Shown piece after piece: positions 1 to 13,129 of a stretch of DNA of 64,000 nucleotides. The number at the start of each line of letters is the position of its first letter. The stretch's first letter is position 1. This DNA comes from Balanoglossus misakiensis (lineage: Eukaryota; Animalia; Hemichordata). The stretch covers positions 1,098,831 to 1,162,830 of the forward strand of contig CM082578.2 of assembly GCA_040954595.2 (NCBI GenBank), given 5' to 3'. The position numbers and the translations under genes were made by a program. Below the pieces are notes generated by a model, which was given only the letters and a program-made list of their open reading frames with translations, was not told the DNA's origin and made no database searches.

Positions 1-1187
1 GGACGGACTTGGCCAGGCCTGACACCATCTCCATAAGGACCTGGGACTACGGAACAGAAGAACGATTTGCTGTCCCACTATGCTGGCCTGGTGTAACATT
101 CACAGAGTCATTAGCACTCATGTCTGCAGAACTATCTTCGACAACGGCTGCAAGCAAGTCAGTCATGGTTCTGCAAGAACACAGAAGCATGCCTACACTA
201 AAACGTATTAGACAAAAATAGCAAGAAAAAATTCTCAACATTTCACCACACATGTGCTCCACAAATCCAAAATGGTTGACACATGTGTATGAAAACTGAC
301 AAAGGAAAAAAAATACATCCATCAAAAAGCTGAACAGGAAAATATACAACGTCCAAGGCAAAAATTGGGATAACATATCGGTCTAAAAATGAAATACAAA
401 CACCTACCTGTGTTTAAAACACTCACCAACGCTCCCAGAAAAACCCAGGAGCTTCAGGAACTGTGCTACTCACTTGAAGTCGAGAGGAAAAGATGGTGGC
501 TCGTCCGTAAGGCAGGTGTATATGGGATATTATTTAAATATTCATGTCATAGGTTATAAGTTATTTCTTTGAAAGGGCTGTGTCCACTCCGAGGTCAAGG
601 GAAGACAGAACAGTATAGAAAACATTTTCCAATTTCCGAAAAACCTCTTTTTTACATAATTACTGCTGAAAAAGTTAGAAATTTATGAAAATATTCCTTA
701 TTCTTTGCCAATTTCTAATGAAAAAATTACATAAAGGTATTCTTAGTCTCTTTCCTGCAGCTGTACAGCAGGAAAAATGCATTTTGTCATATTTTGGCTT
801 TAAACTCAAATTAAAATTTATCTGTGAAAAAACTGAGTCTCCTTCAAAGCCACGTACATGACAGTCCTTTTGATTTTTTTCTAATGAAATTTTGTCTCCA
901 TGTTTATCATGAGTAATACCGCGTACACTTGGGAATAGGTTCGGAATGAAGAGAGGGGGGCGGGATGGCCAATACTTCTTTATAAACAGTGGTTTGAACT
1001 GTGACATTTGGTAACACTGCATAATTCAAGAACAATAGCATTTGGTAGTTGTGAAGTTGTGACTTTGTATACAGAGTAGAAAGAACAATTGTCTCAGATA
1101 AACAATACCAATTCCCAATAAACAACTAGTGTATGGGCTAACTCAGAGGAGTTGGTAGGCGAAGCCTGTCATGAACATTGTGACGCT

Positions 1188-1581
1188 AAGGCTCCTTAGA
1201 CAAACCTGTTGCGTCTGCGGTCCAGATCCGTACCAGAGCTTTTCGCCGAAATTCGATTTTATCGGGAGAATATCCTTTCCCTGTCTACTAACCGGTTATA
1301 ACCGACTCCACGATTGACTTCTTCTAACATCCGAACCGCTCGCTTTCTGAAACTTTTGTGTTTACCCATTGAGATAACCTCACCGTATTCAATATGGCGA
1401 TCTCAACAGGTAAACACAAGAGAAAATCAGAAAGCGAGCGGCTCAGAAGTTAATTACATCATATTTGGAGTCATTTGTGGGTAGACGGGGGGAAGATTCC
1501 CCCCGATAAAATCGAATCTCGGCCGAAAAGCTGCTGTCTGGATCCGGATCTCAGACGAATCAGTTTTGTCCATGGAGCCTT
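1188..1581. mobile_element. Foldback MITE nested in the 609-2152 element
   Basis: Imperfect inverted arms of ~100 bp: AAGGCTCCTTAGACAAA...ATTCGATTTTATCGGG versus CCCGATAAAATCGAAT...TTTGTCCATGGAGCCTT. Confidence 0.7.
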
Positions 1582-1646
1582 GCAGAGATGTGGTGGAAGC
1601 CATATATTAAACGCCGGGAGAACGCAGACCTGTACGGGGGACTACC

Positions 1647-1861
1647 ATGACCCTGTCAGTGCTTGGAGATATCAAGGCTCTCACATTCCCTGAGTGTCTG
1701 GAAATTTCCGACCACTGACCCTTGTCAGTGCTTGGAAATTTCCAGGCTCTCACATTCCCCGAGTGTCTGGAAATTTCCGACCACTGACCCTTGTCAGTGC
1801 TTGGAAATTTCTAAGCTCTCACATTCCCTGAGTGTCTGGAAATTTCCGACCACTGACCCTT
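1647..1861. repeat. 69-bp tandem repeat, about 3 copies
   Basis: Unit GACCCTTGTCAGTGCTTGGAAATTTC...TTTCCGACCACT recurs at ~1717, 1786 and 1855; it explains the repetitive ORF 1663..1899. Confidence 0.9.
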
Positions 1862-2273
1862 CTGGAGTGACTAGCAATTTTTGCAAATTGTACTATTAAT
1901 TGAATTCATAATTTAATAATTAGTTTTTTTCAATGAAATATTCAAATCCATACAACCCAAAGATGGCTCCTTCATTATTTCTATGGAAATTTCACAGTTT
2001 ATTCTTTTCTTTCTGCACACTCGCAAACATCTTGAAAATAATCATAGAAAAATATCGAAATATATTGTACTGTGAACAAAACACTAATTTCCTTGAAAAA
2101 AGTTTAAAAAACGGCTACTTTTCGGAAATTGGAAAATGTTTTCTATACTGTTACAGCTACTTCAATTCGGTTCGTTCCTTCAGGATGTGAGAATAATCGC
2201 CACAGGCACAGTCAACGAGCTTGAACTACTCACAGAAACTTAACCACATGGCGAAGACGAGCTCCCAGACCAC

Positions 2274-3146
2274 TTGAGGGAATTGTCAGAAAAATCAGCA
2301 GCCAATCTGACGGAGAAACAGTCCCATGAAATGAAAGAGCTACTAATCGAGTTCCAGGATGTCTTTGCTGCAAATGAATATGACCTGGGGAACTTCACAG
2401 CCCTTGCGCACAGTATCGATACAGGGGACGCGCGACCAGTGAAGCAGAGGATGCGCCGAACCCCACTACGCTTCGCGGGGGAGGAGGAGGCCCACCTCAA
2501 GAAAATGCTGCGGTCAGGGGTAATCCAACCTTCAACATCAGAATGGGCTTCGGCACCAGTATTGGTAAGGAAGAGGGACGGGACAGTCCGCTGGTGCGTC
2601 GACTATCAGTCGCTGAACAATGTGATCGGAAAAGACGTATTCCCCTTGCCGCTGATAGAGGACTGCATGGACACGCTGGCCGGGAACGAGTGGTTCTCGA
2701 AACTAGATGCCAATTCAGCGTACTGGCAAATACAAGTGGACAAAGAGGACCGCAAGAAGACTGCCTTTACCACAAAGTACGGGCTGTATGAATTCGCCCG
2801 TATGCCCTTCGCCCTGTGCAACACCACTGCCACATACTCGCGAGCCATGAATCTGGTGCTGCGTGGGCTGACATGGGAGGTAGTACTAGCATTTTTAGAC
2901 GACATCATGGTACTTGGGGCGGACTTTGCAAACCATCTCCAGAATCTGCGAGACGTGTTCACCCGGATCCGGGAATACAGGTTGAAACTACGCCCCCGCA
3001 AGTGTGAACTGTTTCAGACAGAGGTGGAGTTCCTGGGGCGGATTGTCCGCAAAGGAACCATAGGACTGGACCCGCGTTCCGTTGACGTGGTACGCAACTG
3101 GCCGACACCAAAAAACACCAAGGAGGTGGAACTTTTCGCAGGGTAA
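2274..3146 (+). pseudogene. pol: Gypsy reverse transcriptase (frameshifted at 3' end)
   Basis: SEWASAPVLVRKRDGTVRWCVDY, FSKLDANSAYWQI, KTAFTTKYGLYEFARMPF, AFLDDI, KCELFQTEVEFLG. Confidence 0.95.
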
Positions 3147-3177
3147 GCCAATTAACACCGCTCGTTTATAAAGGATC

Positions 3178-3783
3178 ATGCCAAGTTGGCCGCCCGCTGT
3201 ACGCAGTTACGGAAAAAAGCCTTTCAAGTGGGGCGGAGAGCAACGGCTGGCCTTCGAGGCGCTAAAAGATTGCTTAACATCGGCGCCGGTACTCACGTTA
3301 CCGAACCCAAAAGACCTGTTCACATTGGACACGGACGCATCGGACATTGCCGTGGGAGCGGAACTTCTCCAGGTGCAGGATGGAGAAGAACGAGTGAGCG
3401 CATACGCCAGCTTCGCATTAACACCCGAACAAACAAGGTACTGCACGACCCGAAAAGAACTCCTAGCAGTAGTACGATTTACCCGGTTATTCCGACACTA
3501 CTTGCTGGGGAACCATTTCATAAAACGGACGGACCACAGCAGTCTGGCCTGGCTGCTGAGGTTTAAAGCGCCCCAAGGACAATTGGCCCGGTGGTTGGAA
3601 GAACTTAGCCAGTACAACATGACGGTTCAGCATAGGCCGGGGAACAAACACCTCAACGCGGATGCCCTATCCAGAATTGAACCGCAGGGACACTACCGCC
3701 ACAGCGTTACGCCGGACGAACTTCCCTGCGGCGGATGTGACTATTGCCAACGAGAAATTGGGGAGACTTCGTCACCGGGGTAG
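3178..3783 (+). pseudogene. pol: Gypsy RT connection/RNase H domain
   Basis: FTLDTDASDIAVGAELLQ, YCTTRKELLAVV, RTDHSSLAWL, QLARWLEEL, HRPGNKHLNADALSR. Confidence 0.95.
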
Positions 3784-4022
3784 ACGAAGTAATACCGTTA
3801 GCCTCACAACCATCCAATGACATTAGGCAAGACGTCTGCACGGTAAACTTAGGCAGCGAAGAAGACGAAGCGAGTGACCACCTCGCAGACCCCCCAGAGG
3901 ACCCAGGAGAAGGATTCGATTTCGACGAAATACTAAAGTCAATCGGAATAGACTCCATGGGAGAGGACACCTCCTTCAGTGAAGGTACACAGGCGGAATA
4001 GGAGGACCCCAAGGTATGCACG

Positions 4023-5513
4023 GTGACCAGGAGCAGCTCGCCAGAGACCGACACGCCGTGGCGAGAAACCTCGGAAACGATACACCGGCAACATCAGGAG
4101 GATGCCGATCTACGGCCGATACTGGAATGGCTGGATACTGGTCAACCCCCCGCGGAAAGCGCATTGGAACTACTCAGCACCGCCGCAAAACATGCCTGGA
4201 TAAACCGCGAGATATATTATGTGGACCCGAAGATGCCAGTACTCCGGAGGAAATCCGAGGACGGGGGCGAAGGAAAACTGGTCATCCCCAGAACAATGAT
4301 ATCGGAAGTAATTGAACTGAACCATGCGATACCCTCAGCGGGACATCAGGGCGTGCAACGGACGCTGGCCAGACTCCAAATGAAGTACCACTGGCATCGG
4401 ATGGCAGATGATGTACGCAGCTACGTAGCCTCGTGCCACGACTGCAACAAGCACAAGAAACCACAGCGACATGCGAGGTGCCCTCTGACCCGATACCACG
4501 TGGGATCACCTATGGAAAGGGTACATCTGGACTTCCTTGGACCACTGCCCCGGACACCCCGAAAAAACGAATATATCCTAGTCATGGTCGACCAATTCAC
4601 CAAGTGGGTAGAGTGCATTCCACTGCCTACCCAAACGGCAGAGGCAACCGCTAAGGCAGCTGTAGGGGAATTCTTTTCTCGATTCGGATGGCCATTCGAG
4701 ATATTCACAGATAGAGGCAGTAATTTCGAAAGTCAGCTGTTCCGCGAACAGCCAGATGGAGCGGCAAAACCGGACCCTCATGGATGCAAACAGAACGAGT
4801 GGGACAAATTCGTACCCCAAATCGCCGGAGCCATTCGGACCTCCGTAAACAGAAATACTGGATTCACACCTAATCGCCTTATGCTGGGGCGGGAAGTGAA
4901 CCAACCGGCCGACCTGGTCTTCGGGAAACCAACGCCAGCCCAAGACCATGAAGAATATGTGAGCAGCCTGGGGAGCGCCATCAAAGAAGCCCATGACCTC
5001 GCTCAGGAAAAACTGCAGGTCACCCAGGAAAGAATGAAGCGGGACTACGACTTGAAGGCCCGACTCCGTTCATATGAAGTCGGAGATCCCGTCTACCTTC
5101 TGGACTCAGTGACGGTGAGATGGAAATGTAAAAAACTGAGCCCCCCATGGAAAGGACCAGGAATAGTGATAGCGAAATTATCGCCATATTTGTACCGAGT
5201 GAAACTTCCGAGACGCATCGCCACCGCGAACCACGACAGAATAAGGTTGTGTAGGGAAGCGCAACTGCCCAGCTGGATAGTTAAATTCAAGAGGTCACTG
5301 CCCCTAAAGGGTGGGGATCCTGATCCGCAGGACAAAAACCGGGAACAGACCTACTGTATCTGCCGTGGGCCGGACACAGAGAAGCTGATGGTCCAGTGTG
5401 ACAGCTGTTACGACTGGTTCCACAGCACATGCGTCAATCTCACCCAAAAGCAGGTCAACTCGACTGATCCCTTCCACTGTCCGAACTGCGAGGGGGAGGG
5501 GATCGACGATTAA
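4023..5513 (+). pseudogene. pol: Gypsy integrase (HHCC, partial DDE core, GPY/F-like region) with C-terminal PHD finger
   Basis: H..AGHQG..CHDC zinc finger, VHLDFLGPLP, FTDRGSNFES, PWKGP. The segment normally carrying the catalytic E appears deleted near FREQ|PDG. C-terminus TYCICRGPDTEKLMVQCDSCYDWFHSTCV...FHCPNC is a C4HC3 PHD. Confidence 0.93.
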
Positions 5514-5577
5514 GGGAACACAGGGAAAAGGGGAAAATGCCATCGGGTAGGGCTATGACTCGTCACAGGCGAGGACC

Positions 5578-5617
5578 CACTAACCGTTAATTTTCTTTTT
5601 TTTCTTTTTGTCCCCAG
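5578..5617 (+). promoter_or_regulatory. Putative splice acceptor upstream of the Gypsy extra ORF
   Basis: CACTAAC branch-point consensus (5578-5584), long polypyrimidine tract, CCCCAG ending at 5617, ATG at 5619. Confidence 0.65.
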
Positions 5618-5618
5618 A

Positions 5619-7063
5619 ATGGATTCCAGACAACTCGAATTAGAGGAGATATGCTATCGCTGCGGCCGAGGGAAACTGTTGGACCCCATCAGTGTCATCC
5701 CCCGACTGAGGCAACTTGGTGTAGACGAGGATACAATGTTCCTGATGCTCCGTGAGAACTGTCAAGTAGCCACGGTTCTAGGCGACATAGGATGGATGTC
5801 CACGGTACGGGAGGAGGCCATACATGTATACGGGAAGGAAAAGACCGAAGCCAACCTGCCCGTACCATCCGACGCAGCCATAAAAACCTGCACACTACCT
5901 CGGGAGTTCAATCCAGGCCGCGTACGTGGGGGATTCGTTGGCCATATCTCCCCGCAAGAGCCCACAAGAACCACCACCGCAGCTGACGACCTGGAGGAAA
6001 CTTTGAGCATCTTCCGGGATCCGCAGCTGGAAAAACAGGTACTCGGTGGCGACAAGGACCAGGCGATGGAGGTGTCGGAAGGGCCAGACCCACCCCGCAC
6101 CCGTGTATCACCCCCAATAGCAGTAGCGAGAGACGGGGGAAACCAACGGCTGCTGCAGGAGCCATCACCCCCACGCCAAGAAACGCTGCCGCTGCAGTCA
6201 CTGATCAACCCATTGGAGCTGGAAGCGACGTTGGAGGCGGGGGAATATCTAATCCCCTGGGAACTTCGACGCCACCCCGGCAGCCCTACTAGGTCCAGAT
6301 CCCCAACCCGGTCGCCGCGAACGGAGCGTTCTCGAGAGGAAAGGCGGGACCGCCCACCTTCCCGTGAACGATTATCCTTTTCACGCTGGGGAGATCTCAG
6401 CCCCAGACGTCGATCACCGATCCGGTATCCGACGCTGGAACCGCCCAAAGAAGACGAACGCCGCTGGAGGAGCGCCAGGCCGGCCCGAAGGAGCCCCCTA
6501 TCCTCTGTTCCACATTACTCATCAGGCCCTTCTCCATGTCCGTTCCCGGGATGCCGGAGGTCCACGCGCAAACTGAAGAAACACGCCTTTCAGTGCCACC
6601 TTCCAGTTATTTTTACTGAGAAGCCGGAAGTATTCCGCGAGCGGGACGCGGTGGAGGAGTTAGAGAAACTCACCTATACTGGCTGTGTGGTCCAGGAAAT
6701 GAAATACCCGACCTGCTAGACTTCTTTATCCGCAGGGGCGGACCTGGACGGATCCCTACGGAATCCTTTTGTTCACCGGAGTCCATGGTGATGATGAAGC
6801 GCCTGTGCGTCTTCCAGGGGTGGGAGGTGCCGAACAGGTTCCGACTGAGCTCCCCCACCACACCAGCGATTCTCATCCACTGGCGTGTCCTTAGCATACT
6901 GCTGAGGTGGGTATCCCAATCACGACAGGAAGAATTCCGGGAAATCCGACCTCACCGGAGAACATCATCAATCCGGACACAGCAACCAGAGAGGACGGGG
7001 GCGGAAGCAGTCGCACAGAATCCATCGACGCAGGGGGAGCGAGGACGCGCCAGGGGTTTTTGA
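5619..7063 (+). pseudogene. Extra ORF of the Gypsy element (RS/P-rich, C2H2-like zinc finger), broken into 5619..6719 and 6785..7063
   Basis: 366-aa ORF with an RSP-rich tract and CPFPGCRRSTRKLKKHAFQCH, continued in another frame by GWEVPNRFRLSSPTTPAILIHWRVL; same GC-rich composition as pol. Confidence 0.7.
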
Positions 7064-9199
7064 TGCATTTTTTATCCCCCAAGCGTGCGCAGAGGAGTGC
7101 CGAGTGGAAGACGCGCCCACCACCATAGATGACCTCACTGACTACGATGTTGGTGTCCCCCCCTCCCCCCCCCGCATGTTTAAAGGTTTCTATAGAAAAG
7201 CATTGTTGAGGTTCACAAAACTTTGAAGAAGCTTTGCAACCCTAACTTTGGCCAAAGATTTGAATGTTAAGGTTTCACAAACGTAGTTACAGCTGAGGTT
7301 CAACTAAGACTAGTATAAGAGGCTTCAGCACGCCAAGTCTTGTAGCAAGCTTCAACACAAAGCTTTGTTGCAACATTGTTCCAAGCATTGTCAAAGGTAC
7401 TGCACAATGTGTAGTGCTATATTGTCAGCTGAATGGTTTGAGCCATTTGTCCCTACAACAACAACTGTTAAAGACACACAGCTTGAAATTGTAAAATGTT
7501 GCAAAATCAAACGATCACATCCTTACACCTATTATTAGAACCAGAAGTTGAGTCAAAATTTTCCTACCTAGAAATTTTCTTTCCTATGAAGTGTTTTGCT
7601 TATTGGCATTCATATGGGAGCCTAGACCTATTCCAGCTGAGTTGCCAAAATGGCAATGATGGACAATTCTTCTAATATGCATGATCAAAAATGGCCGCCA
7701 AATACCTTCTCTAAAATAAAACTTGGCCCTTTTTTCTCAAAATTATGTGTAATATCTAAAATTTCAGGATTTGCATCCATATTGGTTATGTATTGCAAGT
7801 ATGGCAGTGTTTGGCAACTTTTCTATTTTGCATAATCAAAAATGGCCGCCAATCACCACTAAAAGTGAAATTTTGCCATGTTTCCCAAAATGATGTGCAA
7901 TATCGTATTTTCAGGATTAGCACATTCATATGGGTACCTTTAACAATACAACTGTGTTGCAAATTTGGCAGTGTTACCGTACTAATCATGAAGCAAGGAA
8001 GTGCAACCTCTGTATCCCAAATATATGTCTATCCCCACTGATAGGAGTCACAAAGAGCCAGCCCCTCTGCATCATCCTGTTCCTCAATCTCACGATGGGA
8101 ATCCTTTTCAGAATTCCAACCTCAAAACATCCAGGGATTCACCATCATTCACCACACCCTCGTCAGTATCCACCATGTTTAGATCCAATGCCTGAACATG
8201 TTGTCTCTTTATCTATGGATTGCGTTAAAGGACAGTGGGAGTTTCATCTCCTTTTTTTGCAATTTTGACCATTTTTATCTGGTGCATAATGCTAGAGTAC
8301 ATATCATCCATACAGGATGATGCATGTACAGTGATGGGAAATGTATCAATCCACTCCTGCACTAGATTTGCATACAGTGCCATACCTTTTAGGGCTATTT
8401 TCTTGACCCTTTTGATAGTCTGCTGGCCAAAAGTGGCTGGCCAAAGTGGCCAGCAGAGACATTCTTCCAATACCCTTCATAGTGCCAACAGACAAGGCTT
8501 GGATATACAACCTGTGTTGCTTGTAAGGCACACATCTCCAATTGGTACATTGGGCCAATTATACTGTACATGTACAGCTAGGAAAAAAATATACTTCATC
8601 ATAGTTTGCATGGTCAGCAGCTTCAATAACTTGTTGCCTTTTCTTACTGAACATTTAGACTTATAAAGAAGTATAACAAGAATAAAGTTGTCCAATTAGT
8701 GTTGGCAGGGGGGTGGGGGATGTGTTCTCCCATACAAAGGTGTATAGGTATGTAGTCTTTAAGTAAAACTTGGGGTAAATGACCAGAAAATTTGACTTAT
8801 AATACAAATAGGTCGGATTTTGGGCATTTACACGTGTTGATGTTATCGACTGGGGCGACAGACTACCATCCGAAAAATTTTGAAGTACCCCCACCCCCCC
8901 TCGGGTGCCGGCCAGTGGGATGGAGGTGATAGAAACTGTTGCAGATACAATAGAGGCCTACAACCTGAAAACCTTCTGGCTTTAACCGAAGACTTGCCAT
9001 TAAAGATACCTATAGGCCCCTATATGCTGCTCCCACATACACTCCCAGTCCTAAACCTTGCATCTGATTTGTGGTGCAGATGAAGAATTAAGATTGGCTT
9101 GACAATTAGCACACTTAATTGCCTGTTATGAGATATAATACATACAATCATGGGACAAGAATGGCAAAAATAAAAGTTAAATTATCCAGCAGGTGTTTG

Positions 9200-9430
9200 A
9201 ATTATGCAAATTAGAGCAGTTGTCTAATATTGCCATGTCAACCATGTTGAAATTGTTTTAGGTACCCATGTTAATGGAAACCCTGCAAATTCGATATTAC
9301 ACACCATTTAAGACAAATATGGGAAATTAACATGTTAGAGAAATTTTGCGGCCATTTTGGATTATGCAAATTAGAACAGTTGTCTAATATTGCCATGTCA
9401 ACCATGTTGAAATTGTTTTAGGTACCCAGG
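9200..9430. repeat. 160-bp tandem repeat, ~1.5 copies (left-arm counterpart of 39830-40480)
   Basis: ATTATGCAAATTAGA.CAGTTGTCTAATATTGCCATG at ~9201 and 9361. Confidence 0.8.
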
Positions 9431-9957
9431 AGAGTTGAATGAAAATGCCATTTGCAATGCAGTTGTCTTGTTTTGGGTGCCCATATTAAGGCATTCTTGA
9501 AAACGAAACATTATTCATCATTTTGACGCAAACAGAAAAGGTGTTCAAATGCAAATTAGAAGAGTTGCCCAACCCTGCCATATTTGCAATACAGTTGTAG
9601 TGACTGTCAACTCGACTACAGACAGTCTCGATGAACACAAGACATGATCTCAATTTGCAAGCTGAGTTGAAACTGACTGCTGCAGTAACTTAGCTGTGGG
9701 AATGTCTTGTGTGATTTAAAACAATGATGACCAAATTTAACACAGTTTCTCTGAGGTAACCATTTAGCTTTCGTGACTAAGTTTGTTTAAGAATCCTTTA
9801 TTCTACCCAAGGAACAAATTTCCTTAGAATTTCACAACTGAGACACAGTTTACAGATATACAAAAAGTGCGTACTACAAACATAAGAAATTGTTTGCATT
9901 TTTTTTTTCTGATGGCAATGCATTTGACTGTAAACAGACATTGACGTCCTTTAGTAA

Positions 9958-10760
9958 GGGACTGTTCAGTTTTGGTGGAGGGGGGGGGGCAAAAGTTTGT
10001 GTCATTGGTTTCAAAATCAGGCCGACACCCCCTTCAACCAGGACCAAAAAAATGATGACCCCCCCCCCCTTTGACAGGACCAAAATATGATGACCCTCCT
10101 CCCACCCCGAAAACATTCGCCATCCTTATCTTATGTACACTAGGTAAAGGGTCTCCTCACACCTCAATTCTAAATTTCTTAAAGAAATTTATAATTTGAA
10201 GTGTATAATAGTATAGCGTTGCAATAAAGAAGTCTATGGATAAATTAAAAGGACACGTCAATACAATAGTTGGTACAATTGGTAAAACAAGAAAAGTGGA
10301 AGGGGTGGGTGTACGTAGGACAATTTTGTAAAATACAATTAATGCATTTTAATGAACTCAAAGGCAAATTAACTTAATGTTGGGGAGGACAAATTTGACT
10401 TTTGCCACTCAAAGTTAACATCAGTGGGGGTGGGATGGCAAGTATTCTGCCCTGGTACACTATATGTGGCAAAGTAAGGGGATGGGTGTGGGAGGGCTTG
10501 TCCCCCTTCCACATAAGAAAACTTTGTAAAATATGTAGCTCAAAGTTGCATTTTAATGAAGTCAAAAGCAAATTATCTCAATGTTTGAAAGGACCAATTT
10601 TACTGTTGCCACTCCACTCAAAGTTAGCATCGGTGGGTACATGTATATGACCTCCCCCCTAAACGTTTGAAAAAAAGATGACTCCCTCTTTTGGATTTCA
10701 AAATTTAAGTGACCCCCTGGATTTTGCCAGCCTCCCCCACCGTAAAAACTGAATGGTCCC
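9958..10760. mobile_element. Harbinger-type MITE
   Basis: TIR GGGACTGTTCAGTTTT / AAAACTGAATGGTCCC with TAA TSD; paralogous copies (e.g. ~33340-33360) show the empty site. Confidence 0.85.
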
Positions 10761-13129
10761 TAAGCGCTATTTTGTCAGTGAAATGGCTCCATTATTATCC
10801 CTCCAACCATAGTTGAAACGGAGTTAAATATGTACAGCTTGAAATCATAAAATGTTGCAAAATTGAACCAAGAGTTTGGTCAATGATCAAGTTCTTACAG
10901 CTATTACTAGAACCATACAGTCTCAGCGAACAAGAGACATTGGTCCGATTTGCAAGCCGAGTTGGAACTGACTTTGCCTGCACACAGATGTGCCAATTTC
11001 AGCGAATCTTATCGTATTTAAAAATGAATATGGAGAATTGTTATCTGTGTTCCTATTGCTAGCCTACATACATGTAGCTGTTGTCATTCTAGTGTTTTTT
11101 TCTGTATACCAAAATTGTCTGGACGATGAGCATGTAGAATTTTTCTGATGCTTCTTACTGGCAGAAGGACCACCAGTTGCAGATTTTCATTTCTACGGCA
11201 CAAGGGAATTTTATACTTTGCGTGCAAATATAAATCCTGTTAAATTCTATATATTCTTTATTGGGGATTCAAAAGCATAATAATTGATAGTGTTAGTACC
11301 TCTATTCCAAAAAAGAATGCTGTGAGTGTGCGTGTGATTGTGATCAATATCGTAGTTTCAAAATTTGCAGTGTGCCAGTTCAATGGTAAAGCACATGTGT
11401 GAATTTCGTGAAATTGGGGAGTGTATCTTACACGGCCATGGCTATCACATTTGCACATGATGGCTTACATTAAAATGTGTTGTCTATCACGGTTATTTAA
11501 ATAACATAAAACATCTGATATCTACAGAAACAGTACTATTATAGTGGAAAACATGACAAAAATATTCAAGTAGTATATCACTCACATTTTGTGTTATGAA
11601 GACATGGCCACACTGTTTGGGATACTTTTATCAAATGTTATGTGATACTATATCAGCCTGTTTTGGGGATCTTGACAATGACATATATTAGACTTTTCAT
11701 ACACAGCATGAGGTAGAATTTCAGAAACGATTAGGTAATAAGACTGCATATCTCATAGGAAATAATCACTTTAGAAGTATTACGATAAAAAAAATCATTT
11801 CACTCTTATTGGGAGCATACATTTGTAAAACATACATACAGACATGAATACAGACATAGAGAGATCAAGGTGTATACGATTTTCAGTGGGGGAGGGGTCC
11901 TCCTTAATTGCAAACAACTATGTAATGGTAATTTCCCTTTTATAATAAGAATTTTTGAGGTATAAGGAAAAAATATCTAACAAAATAAACAAAAAAACTA
12001 ATTCAGCTATGATTTGATTCAATTATCATTCTAAAGAAGCACATATCATTAACTCACAACTAAACTTTTAAAGTGATCAACCATGCACTTTCTGAGAATT
12101 TTTTTTATGCCCCCAAAATACAATTTTTTCATTTTCAGAACATTTATGATATACCACATTAAAAAAATCCCCTGGAAACTGCAAAACAAAAAATTGCAAA
12201 GCAATCAAACAAAAATGGCAAAAATTGTCCACAAAAACTATATTGACACTTCCATCATAGGATTTGTTAAAATGTCGTGATAACACACCTAGGAACCTGC
12301 AAACCAAATTTCAAAGAACTGTGAGTAGAGGTTTTTGAGTATTTGACCAAAATCACCCCAAAAATATACTTCAAAAAATGAAAAAAAAATCCATGAGGTC
12401 TCAAAATGAATACACACCAATTTCTAAAGCAATTTGACCAGTTTCCACCAATTTCACATTGGTCCCAGTGGTAGATAGACATATACGAAATGGGAACCAA
12501 AGAATAAAACACATTTCAAAGATTTAACACATCTTTTTCCTCAAGAGTGTTTTTCAAATCTTCTCCACATCCTTCAAAATCGCCACCATAAAGCCATATT
12601 ACTTGTAGTGCTTATGTTTGTCATATCTAGGTGATGCATACCACTATAGATGTGTACCCTTTGTATAGAGGCAGATTAAACAGGTGTGGTACCTGTTAAA
12701 TATCTGACTTCTTTAAATTACAGCCACAATCGTCTGTCAACAAGGTGTTCATGTAGATGTATACCTAGCAGTAAGCTTATTTAGATTGACAAATCTTAGA
12801 TGAAAATAATGAAAAAGTGGCACAACCCTTAGGGCTTTAACTAGCAGCTATATGCCAGATGAGTTTGAGTCTAACGATGTAATGTTGACATTAAGGTTTC
12901 ATTGAAATAACTTGGGAACCTCTCTACTATTTGAAGCACCAAAGCTGTGAAAAACTTCCTTCTTTCCCTGATTTTTTATGAATATGTTCTAATCTGGGAC
13001 AAAAATTTGTTGCCAAGTGTCTTGACCCCTTTACCAAATGTCAGGGACCGGATTTTTTTCAGCAAAATTTCAAATAACCTTGGCTGATTTTTTACCTACT
13101 TTAACATATTGGGTAGCATGAAACAAAGT

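Larger units (their letters stand above)
609..2152. mobile_element. Non-autonomous TIR DNA element with 4-bp TSD (superfamily unassigned)
   Basis: ~34-bp TIR AACAGTATAGAAAACATTTTCCAATTTCCGAAAA at 609, reverse complement ending at 2152; flanked by ACAG (605-608 and 2153-2156); no transposase ORF inside. Confidence 0.75.
2200..7130 (+). mobile_element. Degraded Ty3/Gypsy LTR retrotransposon internal region (pol plus extra downstream ORF); no LTRs recognised
   Basis: GC-rich block with RT-RNaseH-integrase domain order, frameshifts and an internal integrase deletion. Confidence 0.92.

Noticed and set aside
5340-5513. PHD finger as a RAG2 remnant
   Set aside because: It is in frame with the Gypsy integrase, is a canonical C4HC3 PHD, and lies 16 kb outside the TIRs.
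5762-6448. 228-aa antisense ORF and other ORFs overlapping the Gypsy region
   Set aside because: Shadow ORFs of GC-rich coding sequence with no recognisable domains.
8430-8460. GTGGCCAG match to the satellite monomer beside the left arm
   Set aside because: Only 8-9 bp of similarity, which is expected by chance.
7930-8695. Cluster of overlapping short ORFs left of the palindrome arm
   Set aside because: No recognisable motifs or consistent splice structure; may be decayed coding sequence but cannot be supported.
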